Below the pieces are notes generated by a model. The model ran no database searches, was not told the DNA's origin, and was given only the letters and a program-made list of their open reading frames with translations. A stretch of DNA of 64,000 nt from Candidatus Latescibacterota bacterium (GTDB lineage Bacteria; Latescibacterota; UBA2968). Below are positions 49,547 through 58,697 of the stretch, piece after piece (the first letter of the stretch is position 1; each line of letters starts with the position of its first letter). The position numbers and the translations under genes are program-made. The stretch spans positions 4,224,001 through 4,288,000 of the forward strand of contig OZ242311.1 of assembly GCA_965207885.1 (NCBI GenBank), in the 5' to 3' direction.

Positions 49547-49575
49547 TTGACTTATGAACAAGTGTTCACTATATT
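49547..49575 (+). promoter_or_regulatory. Sigma70 promoter with operator palindrome TGAACA-AG-TGTTCA in the spacer
   Basis: TTGACT-17-TATATT; GAAC-N4-GTTC at 49556-49567. Confidence 0.7.
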
Positions 49576-49663
49576 GTTGTTCGTCACTACTGAGGCCATT
49601 TCACAGAATCAGATAGATCTTTCGCACAGGGTATAGGACCTCAGAACACCATAAGGAGGAAAC

Positions 49664-50644
49664 ATGATTTCCGAAACGAACCAGCATCGTGGGCAGGCTC
49701 TTCGCAAAGCCCCAGATCGCACCTCATCCTATGTGGGCGATGAACCCTCTCTGGCCTATTACTACAAGGAAATCGAACGACATCCACTGCTCACGCCAGA
49801 CGAAGAAAAAGCCCTGACAGAGCAAATTGCCCTGGGCAATCTACCAGGTGCTAGTACTCGTGCTCGGCGGGCAGGAGAACACGCCCGAGAAAAGCTCATC
49901 ACCAGCAACCTGCGCTTTGTCATTCACATTGCCAAAAATTTTAAGAATCAAGGGCTTCCCCTGGCCGACCTCATCAATGAAGGCAACATGGGTTTGATGA
50001 CTGCCGCCCGCAAATTCAAACCCGAAAAAGGTTACAAATTCATCACTTACGCAGTCTGGTGGATACGGCAGAACATCCTCAAAGCCCTCGAAGTTCAAAC
50101 CCGATCCATCCGGATTCCCGGCAATGTTGTCAACGACCTCAACAAACTGCGGAAAGTCGAAGCTGAAATGACTCAACACCTCGACCGGCAGCCCGATGCC
50201 GATGAACTCGCCCGAGAAACCGATCTGCCTTTAAAAAAAGTCACACACACCCTCGAATCGGCCTATAATACCATATCGCTGGATACCCCAATGTACGATG
50301 AAGTCACAAACTCAGCGCCACGGGCTGTCACCCTGCAAGAAACTCTATCGGATCCCCAAATATTGTCTCCAGAAGATGCCTATATCCAAAACACTATGCA
50401 CAACGATATACACAACGCGCTCAGTGCCTTACCAGATCGCGATCGGCAAATTCTACATCTCTATTACGGTTTCAGCGACCCGACAGAACGCGCCGAAGTC
50501 AGTAGTTCAAAACCCGCGACCTATCAACAAATAGGCGACAAACTGGGGGTAAGTAGAGAGCGGGTGCGCCAACTCAAAGAAGAGGCACTCAATCGGCTGC
50601 GGCATCCCACTCACAGTAAGCGACTTGCCACCTATTGTAGTTAA
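49664..50644 (+). CDS. Group 2-like (RpoD/RpoS family) sigma factor lacking region 1.1
   Basis: YYKEI..PLLT, SNLRFV, DLINEGNMGL, YKFITYAVWWIRQ, SRERVRQL. Confidence 0.92.
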   Translation: MISETNQHRGQALRKAPDRTSSYVGDEPSLAYYYKEIERHPLLTPDEEKALTEQIALGNLPGASTRARRAGEHAREKLITSNLRFVIHIAKNFKNQGLPLADLINEGNMGLMTAARKFKPEKGYKFITYAVWWIRQNILKALEVQTRSIRIPGNVVNDLNKLRKVEAEMTQHLDRQPDADELARETDLPLKKVTHTLESAYNTISLDTPMYDEVTNSAPRAVTLQETLSDPQILSPEDAYIQNTMHNDIHNALSALPDRDRQILHLYYGFSDPTERAEVSSSKPATYQQIGDKLGVSRERVRQLKEEALNRLRHPTHSKRLATYCS

Positions 50645-50697
50645 AGTGAAAAATTGTACACCGCGTGTTCCCTTAAAACACAGCCCTAACAAAACCT

Positions 50698-50728
50698 GAG
50701 CGTCGGCGCGATTTGCCGGCGCTCTTTG
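50698..50728 (+). terminator. Probable intrinsic terminator
   Basis: GAGCGTCGGC/GCCGGCGCTC stem plus TTTG. Confidence 0.55.
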
Positions 50729-50847
50729 TGCTTCTACACCCTTGTATTTCTACTTGCGTTTAAAGCCGAAACCTTGCTATTTACAATATTCAAACGATCT
50801 TCTTGGAAAGTTGCACACCGCTTATTAGCTCACAATGAGAATCAACT

Positions 50848-51660
50848 ATGAAAATCCTCATCCTCTCTACACTCGGCGCGCTCATTCTGCTCGGTGTGGG
50901 TGTGTACATTATTTTTTATATTTCAGATCGCGACAAAATTGAAGGCAAATCCTTCTTCCGCCTTGAAAATCGCTGGCTCTATGGCTTTTTGGGCTACGCA
51001 TCTGTCATAGTTATCACTTTTCTGATCCTGATTTTGCAAACCTCACTCACGCGCCAAGGGCAAACCCTTGAAAATACCCAGGCGCGGTTTCAGCAAGAAC
51101 TCACGGCTTTTCGCGAGCGACTCGGCGACCAAACCGACCGCCTCATGTCCCAAATCAATGAAAAAGCGGAACTCACCGGATCTGAAGTCGAGGTGCGCGG
51201 CAAACTATCCAACGAAATCGACCATCATCAACGCACCCGTAAAGAGCTTGCCGCTACACGCGAACAATTGCGCCTCACACAAAGCGACTTAAATCGGGAA
51301 ACGCTCTCACACCGCGCCTATCTCGACAGCCTCAACACCGAAAGATCACTTCACGCATCAACCCAAAATCGGCTCAAGCGCGAGGAGGCACAACACGCCA
51401 AAAACCGCGAGACATTGCGAAACACCCAACAAAAACTCGACCGCGCCAACGAGCGACTAAACGTACAAAATCGCCAGATTAAAGCACTGAGAAGCGATCT
51501 CAAACGCGCACAGGACAACGCCGACAACGCACGCCAGATAGCCAGTCGCCTCTTACAACAATCCGGTGACCATCAGCGGGCACTCCTGATCCTTCAAGCC
51601 ACCGTCGATTCTCTCTTTCTAAAAGAATTTAAACGCCCCCGAGTTCCTTCAGAAAAATAG
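50848..51660 (+). CDS. Membrane-anchored coiled-coil hypothetical protein
   Basis: Two N-terminal hydrophobic helices followed by a long heptad-rich region. Confidence 0.75.
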   Translation: MKILILSTLGALILLGVGVYIIFYISDRDKIEGKSFFRLENRWLYGFLGYASVIVITFLILILQTSLTRQGQTLENTQARFQQELTAFRERLGDQTDRLMSQINEKAELTGSEVEVRGKLSNEIDHHQRTRKELAATREQLRLTQSDLNRETLSHRAYLDSLNTERSLHASTQNRLKREEAQHAKNRETLRNTQQKLDRANERLNVQNRQIKALRSDLKRAQDNADNARQIASRLLQQSGDHQRALLILQATVDSLFLKEFKRPRVPSEK

Positions 51661-51678
51661 ACGAGGAGAAAATACATC

Positions 51679-52842
51679 GTGAAACTCAAAATCCTCCTTC
51701 CCATCATTGTCCTGATCATCGGTATGCTGGGAGCTTTTGCACTTGTCAAAAACCGGGAAGTCGTCCAGCCCAAACCAACAGAAGTACCCCCACCGCTTGT
51801 GCGAGTTAAATCCGTTCATCCCACAGACTTCCAACTCATTATTCCAGCGCAAGGCACGGTTGCCCCGCGCACGCAAACCACACTCATTTCACAAGTGGCA
51901 GGCCAGATCATTGATGTATCGCCCGCATTTGCCAACGGGGGATTTTTTGAAAAAGGCGATGTCCTGCTCACAATTGATCCGCGCGATTACGCAGTCGCTG
52001 TCGCACAGGCACAGGTTCAGGTTGCACAGGCCAAATTGCGATTGGCACGCGAAGAAGAAGAAGCCGCAATTGCCCGTGACGAATGGAAACGCCTGGGCAA
52101 TGGAGATCCAACCGATCTCGTCTTGCGCAAGCCACAAATTGACGAAGCCCGTGCGACCATTGCCGCAGCCGAAGGCGCATTGATGCGCGCCAACCTCAAC
52201 CTCGAACGCACGCAAATCAGAGCACCATATCCCGGGCGCGTTCGCACCAAAAATGCCGATGTCGGACAATACGTCAACCCGGGTTCACCGCTCGGCCACA
52301 TTTACGCGATTGACTATGCCGAAGTGCGCCTGCCCGTGCCCGATGAGCAACTCGCTTACCTGGACCTGCCGTTCTCCTTCCGCAATAATCCCCATGATAA
52401 TTCAGGCCCCGATGTGCGCTTCCACGCCACATTTGCCGGACAGAAACACACCTATATGGGACGCATTGTGCGCGTTGAAGGCGAAATTGACACGCGCTCT
52501 GGCATGATCGCGCTCGTCGGGCGCGTGGATAACCCATACCGCCAGCGCGATAGCAACACGCCGCCATTAGCTGTGGGTCTGTTTGTCACTGCAGAAATCC
52601 TGGGCCAGCGCGCGGAAAACGTCGTGGTCATCCCGCGCGCTGCACTGCGCGGCAAAAATCGCGTCCTCGTGGTCACGGGCAATCGCCTCTATTATCGAAC
52701 CATCGACATCTTGCGCGCCGACGCAGAAAAAGTCGTTGTTAAAAGCGGTCTAAAATCGGGTGATCAACTCTGCCTATCGCCAATCGATACCGTCGTCGAT
52801 GGCATGCGCGTGCGCACCGTGCGCACTGGAGGTACGCAATGA
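51679..52842 (+). CDS. RND efflux periplasmic adaptor subunit
   Basis: N-terminal anchor, GGFFEKGDVLLTIDPRDY, LERTQIRAPYPG, IPRAAL. Confidence 0.92.
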   Translation: MKLKILLPIIVLIIGMLGAFALVKNREVVQPKPTEVPPPLVRVKSVHPTDFQLIIPAQGTVAPRTQTTLISQVAGQIIDVSPAFANGGFFEKGDVLLTIDPRDYAVAVAQAQVQVAQAKLRLAREEEEAAIARDEWKRLGNGDPTDLVLRKPQIDEARATIAAAEGALMRANLNLERTQIRAPYPGRVRTKNADVGQYVNPGSPLGHIYAIDYAEVRLPVPDEQLAYLDLPFSFRNNPHDNSGPDVRFHATFAGQKHTYMGRIVRVEGEIDTRSGMIALVGRVDNPYRQRDSNTPPLAVGLFVTAEILGQRAENVVVIPRAALRGKNRVLVVTGNRLYYRTIDILRADAEKVVVKSGLKSGDQLCLSPIDTVVDGMRVRTVRTGGTQ

Positions 52843-55800
52843 AAAATGCCATTGAATGGTTTGCCCGAAACAGCGTGGCGGCCAATCTGTTGATGGTATT
52901 GATCCTGGGAGGGGGCATTTTTCTCACATCCAGTATTCGCATGGAAGTCTTCCCAGAATTTTCACAGGACATGATCAATATCTCTATGATCTATCGAGGC
53001 GCTGCTCCCGAAGAAGTCGAAGAAGCCGTCTGCATACGCATCGAAGAAGCCGTAGTAGGTCTCGACGGCATCGAGCGCATCACCTCCACGGCATCGGAGA
53101 ACAGCGGTGTTGTCAACATCGAACTCGAGTCGGGTGCTGATATGCGCAAACTGCTCGACGATGTCAAAGCCCGCGTAGATGCCATCACCACTTTTCCGGT
53201 GGAAACGGAAAAACCCGTCATTCGAGAAATCACCAACCGCCGCCAGGTCATCAACGTTGCTATCTCGGGACCGACAGATGAAAAAACCCTCAAAACAATC
53301 GGTGAGCAAGTCAGAGACGACATTGCAACCATTCCCGGCATCACACAGGTCGATCTCGTCAGCACACGCCCTTACGAAATCGCCATCGAAGTTTCGGAAA
53401 ATGATCTGAGGCGTTATAACCTCACTTTTAGCGAAATTGCCATGGCCGTGAGGCATTTCTCGCTCGATCTGCCCGGCGGCGCCATTCGAACACAGGGCGG
53501 CGAAATCCTGTTGCGCACCAAAGGGCAGGCATATCGAGGCAAAGAATTTGAATCGCTCGTCTTGCGCTCTCGGCCCGATGGCACGTACCTTCGCCTGGGC
53601 GATGTCGCCACAGTCATCGACGGGTTTGCCGAAACAGACCAATCTGCTCAATTTGATGCAGAACCCACCGTGACAATCAAGGTTTATCGCGTGGGCGATC
53701 AAAATGCTCTGGACATTACCGAAAAAGTTAAAGCCTATATCAATAATACACAACAGCGCATGCCCGATGGCATCAAACTCACCGTCTGGGCAGACTTTTC
53801 TCGCATCTTAAACGACCGCCTGGAACTCATGCTGCACAATGGCCAACTGGGCTTTATCCTCGTCTTTATCGCGCTGACGATGTTTCTCCGTTTGCGACTC
53901 GCCTTCTGGGTTGCTCTGGGCATTCCCATCTCATTTCTCGGTGCAATCGGCCTGATGCCCTTCTTCGACATCTCCATCAACATGATCTCCCTTTTTGCAT
54001 TTATCGTGGTGCTCGGCATTGTCGTAGATGACGCGGTCATCGTAGGAGAAAACATCTATCGCCATTACCAAATGGGCAAACGCGGTTTGCGCGCAGCCAT
54101 TGATGGCGCGCAAGAAGTATATGTTCCCGTCATTTTTGCTATCCTCACATCTATTGCTGCCTTCTCTCCCCTGCTCACCGTTGAAGGCAGCATGGGAAAA
54201 ATCATGAGACTCATTCCCATGATTGTCATCCTCACCCTCATATTTTCACTCATCGAATCGCTCTTTATTTTACCAGCACACCTCGCGCACGCCAAAATAG
54301 ATTTAAAAAAAGACAGGGATCCCCCGCGCAAACGCGCCATTGTCACTCTGTGGCAACGCGTTCAAAATGGCGTGGCCGATGGTTTGCTCATCGCTGTTGA
54401 CCGCTATTATCGCCCCTTTCTCGAATGGGCACTTCAATGGCGGTATCTAACCCTCGCAGGGGGTGTTGCCACGCTCTTTCTCACCGTGGGCCTCGTTGGC
54501 GGCGGATGGATCAAGTTCGTCTTTTTTCCCAACGTCGAATCCGATAATATCGTAGCTATGCTCACCATGCCCCAGGGCACACCTGCCGAGGTCACTGAAA
54601 AAGCAGTGCGCCGCCTGGAGGCCTCAGCGCAGCAACTCCAACGGGAAATTGAAGGCGAGAATTCGGGTTCGGTATTTCGCCATGTTTTCGCATCTGTGGG
54701 CGAACAGCCCTATCGCGCAGCACAAGGTCCGCCCACCGGGAATGCCGCCTCATTTTCATCAGCACATCTGGGCGAAGTCTATATTGAACTCATGCCTTCG
54801 GAAAATCGCGACATCAGCAGTGAGGAAATTGCCAACCGCTGGCGCAAACTCACCGGCACTATTCCCGACGCGGTCGAACTGACCTATTCATCCTCGCTAT
54901 TTTCATCTGGAGAAGCCATCAATATCCAGTTCTCAGGCCCCGACTACGGCGAATTGCGCGAAGTCGCCGAAAAATTCAAAAGCGCGTTAAATGACTATCC
55001 CGGTGTCTTTGACATCGCCGATTCATTTCGCCCGGGGAAAGAGGAAGTGAAACTCTCCCTCACCCGACAGGCCGAAACTCTGGGTATCACATTGGCCGAC
55101 CTCGCGCGCCAGGTCAGACAGGCATTTTACGGAGAAGAAGCGCAACGCATTCAGCGCGGTCGCGACGACATCCGCGTGATGGTGCGCTATCCCGAATCAG
55201 AGCGACGATCTCTGGGCAATCTCGAAGACATGCGCATTCGCACGCCCGGCGGAGGCGAAGTGCCCTTTTCAATCGCCGCGAGTGCCGAACTCGGCCGGGG
55301 CTATGCATCCATCCGGCGCGCCGACCGCCAGAGAGTTATCAACGTTACTTCCGATGTCGATATAAGCATCGCCAATGCAAATGAAATCATCGCCGATTTC
55401 ACCCGCACTGTCTTGCCTCAAATACTGGCAGATCATCCCCGCGTGCGCTACGATTTTGAAGGCCAGCAAAGAGAGCAGACCGAAATGCTACAGGGACTGG
55501 GCAATAGCTTTGTTATCGCCTTGCTCATCATTTATATTTTGCTCGCCATTCCCTTCAAATCCTATGTCCAACCCCTCATTGTGATGGGGGCCATCCCATT
55601 TGGAATCGTCGGCGCGGTCTGGGGGCATGTCGCTCTTGGATTTAATCTCTCTATTCTCTCCGTATTTGGCATCGTTGCACTTACAGGCATCGTCGTCAAT
55701 GACAGTCTGGTCATGGTCGATTTTATCAACAAACAACGCGAAAAAGGCCACCCACTTTCCGACGCCCTCCGCGAAGCCGGTGCCGTGCGTTTCCGCCCCA

Positions 55801-56048
55801 TACTCTTGACCTCGGTCACGACATTTCTCGGCCTCACGCCCCTGCTATTGGAAAAAAGCCTTCAGGCGCAATTCCTGGTGCCAATGGCCATATCCCTCGG
55901 CTTTGGCGTTCTCTTTGCTACTGTAATAACCCTCTTGCTCGTTCCCATCAGCTACAATATTCTCGAAGACCTCATCAACGCCTTCTACCGCCTCATCGGG
56001 CGCGAACGCCGCGCATTCCGATCAGAACTGAATCGCGCAGCAGATTAA
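52839..56048 (+). CDS. RND efflux permease (AcrB/AcrD/AcrF family)
   Basis: GIVVDDAVIVGENI, GIVVND, RFRPILLTS; 1069 aa. Confidence 0.95.
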   Translation: MKNAIEWFARNSVAANLLMVLILGGGIFLTSSIRMEVFPEFSQDMINISMIYRGAAPEEVEEAVCIRIEEAVVGLDGIERITSTASENSGVVNIELESGADMRKLLDDVKARVDAITTFPVETEKPVIREITNRRQVINVAISGPTDEKTLKTIGEQVRDDIATIPGITQVDLVSTRPYEIAIEVSENDLRRYNLTFSEIAMAVRHFSLDLPGGAIRTQGGEILLRTKGQAYRGKEFESLVLRSRPDGTYLRLGDVATVIDGFAETDQSAQFDAEPTVTIKVYRVGDQNALDITEKVKAYINNTQQRMPDGIKLTVWADFSRILNDRLELMLHNGQLGFILVFIALTMFLRLRLAFWVALGIPISFLGAIGLMPFFDISINMISLFAFIVVLGIVVDDAVIVGENIYRHYQMGKRGLRAAIDGAQEVYVPVIFAILTSIAAFSPLLTVEGSMGKIMRLIPMIVILTLIFSLIESLFILPAHLAHAKIDLKKDRDPPRKRAIVTLWQRVQNGVADGLLIAVDRYYRPFLEWALQWRYLTLAGGVATLFLTVGLVGGGWIKFVFFPNVESDNIVAMLTMPQGTPAEVTEKAVRRLEASAQQLQREIEGENSGSVFRHVFASVGEQPYRAAQGPPTGNAASFSSAHLGEVYIELMPSENRDISSEEIANRWRKLTGTIPDAVELTYSSSLFSSGEAINIQFSGPDYGELREVAEKFKSALNDYPGVFDIADSFRPGKEEVKLSLTRQAETLGITLADLARQVRQAFYGEEAQRIQRGRDDIRVMVRYPESERRSLGNLEDMRIRTPGGGEVPFSIAASAELGRGYASIRRADRQRVINVTSDVDISIANANEIIADFTRTVLPQILADHPRVRYDFEGQQREQTEMLQGLGNSFVIALLIIYILLAIPFKSYVQPLIVMGAIPFGIVGAVWGHVALGFNLSILSVFGIVALTGIVVNDSLVMVDFINKQREKGHPLSDALREAGAVRFRPILLTSVTTFLGLTPLLLEKSLQAQFLVPMAISLGFGVLFATVITLLLVPISYNILEDLINAFYRLIGRERRAFRSELNRAAD

Positions 56049-56073
56049 TCGCACGTGGTTTTCTCGCAATTAC

Positions 56074-56106
56074 AAAGGCCGATTGCTTTTGCAACCGGCC
56101 TTTTTT
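56074..56106 (+). terminator. Intrinsic terminator
   Basis: AAAGGCCG...CGGCCTTTTTT. Confidence 0.75.
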
Positions 56107-56197
56107 GCTCGCTATTGACAAGCTTTGTCGATGCGTGTACATTGCGCTCACGACTTATAACGCACGCCAGCATGTCTCAAAACTGAAAGGATAACCA

Positions 56198-57571
56198 ATG
56201 GCTCCCAACATCATCTTTATCCTTACCGATGATCAAGGACCCTGGGCTGCCGGATGTTATGGCAATCCAGAAATTCGCACTCCCAATCTCGACCGCATTG
56301 CCGCCACGGGTATTCGCTTCGACAATTTCTTTGTCACCATCCCCGTGTGTTCGCCCAGCCGCGCCTCTTTTCTCACCGGTCGCATACCCTCACAACACGG
56401 CGTACACGACTGGATCCGCGAGGGCAACACCGGTCCCGATGCGGCTTCTTATCTCCAGGACGAAATCTGCTATACCGATATCCTATCCGAACACGGCTGG
56501 ACATGTGGATTATCGGGCAAATGGCACCTGGGCAATAGCACCTTGCCGCAGCACGGCTTCTCGCACTGGTTTGCCCATGAAAAAGGCGGTGGTCCCTACA
56601 ACGACGCCACACTGGTACGCAACGGCGAACTCATCACCGTACCGGGTTATGTGACCACCGCCATCACAGACGACGCCCTCGCATTCATCGACAACCACGC
56701 CAATGACGACAATCCCTTTTATCTCAGCGTTCACTACACAGCGCCCCACAGCCCCTGGACTGGACATCCCCAGGATATTGTCGATTCCTACGACGACTGC
56801 CCATTCGAATCCTGCCCACAAGAAGATCCACACCCCTGGGCGGGAGGCTTGAGCAATAATTTGGGCAACCGCGAGAGTCTCAAAGGTTATTTTGCCGCTG
56901 TCACCGCAATGGATTATGACGTGGGACGCATCCTCGATAAAATTGAGGACAAAGGGATTCGCGACAACACCCTTGTTGTCTTCACCTCTGACAATGGTTT
57001 TTCCTGTGGTCATCATGGTTTTTGGGGCAAAGGCAATGGCACGCGCCCCTTAAATATGTATGAAAACTCCATCAAAGTGCCTTTCTTGGCCAGTCATCCC
57101 GGCGTCATCCCCGAAGGCAGTGTACAGCCCGCAATGGCTTCGGGATACGATTTTATGCCCACCCTCCTCGACTATCTCAACTTGCCCTTACCCGAAGATC
57201 GCAACTACCCCGGTCGATCCTTCCTCGCCGCCCTCAAAGACGAAGAAGATCCCGGACGCGACAATGTCGTTATCTACGACGAATACGGCACGACGCGCAT
57301 GATTCGCACGGTCGAGTGGAAATACGTACATCGCTATCCCGATGGCCCCAACGAACTCTACGACCTGCAAAACGATCCCGACGAGCGCGACAACCTCGTT
57401 GACGACAATGCGCAGACCAATCGCATCAGAACGATGAAAACGCAGATGGAAACGTGGTTTGCAACCTATAGCGTCCCCGACAAAGACGGGCGCGATTATA
57501 ATGTCACAGGTAGCGGTCAACTCCGCCCCGTAGGCCAAAAATGGGAAGACGACCGCAAACCCTTTGCATAA
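56198..57571 (+). CDS. Formylglycine-type sulfatase
   Basis: PNIIFILTDDQ, CSPSRASFLTG, GKWHL, TSDNG, ELYDL. Confidence 0.95.
   Translation: MAPNIIFILTDDQGPWAAGCYGNPEIRTPNLDRIAATGIRFDNFFVTIPVCSPSRASFLTGRIPSQHGVHDWIREGNTGPDAASYLQDEICYTDILSEHGWTCGLSGKWHLGNSTLPQHGFSHWFAHEKGGGPYNDATLVRNGELITVPGYVTTAITDDALAFIDNHANDDNPFYLSVHYTAPHSPWTGHPQDIVDSYDDCPFESCPQEDPHPWAGGLSNNLGNRESLKGYFAAVTAMDYDVGRILDKIEDKGIRDNTLVVFTSDNGFSCGHHGFWGKGNGTRPLNMYENSIKVPFLASHPGVIPEGSVQPAMASGYDFMPTLLDYLNLPLPEDRNYPGRSFLAALKDEEDPGRDNVVIYDEYGTTRMIRTVEWKYVHRYPDGPNELYDLQNDPDERDNLVDDNAQTNRIRTMKTQMETWFATYSVPDKDGRDYNVTGSGQLRPVGQKWEDDRKPFA
57478..57571 (+). repeat. Direct repeat copy 1 (sulfatase 3' end)
   Basis: About 85% identical to 58528-58620 (manual alignment: 13 substitutions, 1 gap). 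Confidence 0.9.
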
Positions 57572-57595
57572 AGGTTTTCTATCAAGGAGGTACTG

Positions 57596-58480
57596 GTGAA
57601 AACGGGTGTGTGCAGTTACTGTTTCAATTCGATGCTGACCGAGGGTAAGATCTCTTTGATGGAGGCGATCGAATTCGTAGGAAAGGAGACTGAGGCCGAC
57701 TGCTTCGAGCCCTACTCCCCATACTGGCGTCCTGATCGAGACGTGCAAGAACAGGCGCGCGAGGCCCGGAAACTGATGGACCGGGTGGGCCTACAGGCCT
57801 CGTGCCATGCCCTGGCGACCGATTTCGCCGTCTATGACGAAGGTGAAAATCGCGCCTGCCTGGACTGGTGTGAGAAGATGCTCCAGGTCGCCGTGATCCT
57901 CGGAGCCGATACGGTCCGAGTCGATCCCCGCACCGCCCCACCTCCCGGCAGATCCCGCGACGATATCGATCCCGAAGACGCCCTCGTCCGAGTTGCCCAA
58001 AGCATGCAGACCGTCGCCGACATCGCTATCGAAAAAGACTTGAAAGTCGGCGTTGAGAACCACGGGCTGCTGCTCGGACGCACGTCGCAGACCGCGCGCA
58101 TCGTCGAGCGGGTCGATCGCCCCAACTTCGGCGTGAACCTCGACTTCACCAATTTCCGCACGGTCTTCGGAGAAGACCACGTTGAGGCGACCCGGCTTCT
58201 CGCCAGACATGTCGTCCACATTCACGCCAAGGACTTCCACATTCGGCAGGATCCCCAACTTGGGGAGGAGTGGCGCAAAATCCCCTCGGGCGAATACGTC
58301 AAGCGCGCGGTCGGCGGCGAGGGGAACTCGAGTTGGGCCGAGATCTTTCGCATCCTCAAAGATGTGGGCTACAAGGGCACTATCTGCCTCGAGGTCTCAG
58401 ATCCAGCGGACATCCGGGGCAGTGTCGCCAAAGGAGCGGCCAATTTGAAGCGTATCATCTCGGAGGTGGAGCAGTTGTAA
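57596..58480 (+). CDS. Sugar phosphate isomerase/epimerase (xylose isomerase-like TIM barrel), GC-rich
   Basis: SD AAGGAGG + GTG start; VENHG, NLDFTNF, HIHAKD, GYKGTICLE. Confidence 0.85.
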   Translation: MKTGVCSYCFNSMLTEGKISLMEAIEFVGKETEADCFEPYSPYWRPDRDVQEQAREARKLMDRVGLQASCHALATDFAVYDEGENRACLDWCEKMLQVAVILGADTVRVDPRTAPPPGRSRDDIDPEDALVRVAQSMQTVADIAIEKDLKVGVENHGLLLGRTSQTARIVERVDRPNFGVNLDFTNFRTVFGEDHVEATRLLARHVVHIHAKDFHIRQDPQLGEEWRKIPSGEYVKRAVGGEGNSSWAEIFRILKDVGYKGTICLEVSDPADIRGSVAKGAANLKRIISEVEQL

Positions 58481-58527
58481 TGCCAGAGCCAGGACGTGGA
58501 TGGAAGCCACGGCAACCGCTACCGCCT

Positions 58528-58620
58528 CGACAAAGACAGACGCGATTACGTCGTCACAGGTAGCGGTCAACTCTGCCCTGTCGGCCGAAACTGGGAAGAC
58601 GACGCAAGCCCTTTGCGTAA
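58528..58620 (+). pseudogene. Direct repeat copy 2: frameshifted remnant of the sulfatase C-terminus
   Basis: DKDRRDYVVTGSGQLCPVGRNWEDD vs DKDGRDYNVTGSGQLRPVGQKWEDD. Confidence 0.85.
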
Positions 58621-58697
58621 GAGACCTGTAAGAGAGGCATCTCTGCCTCGACTATTGCAATCGGTACTTGTCTTTAACGTACGGGATGACCAGAAGG

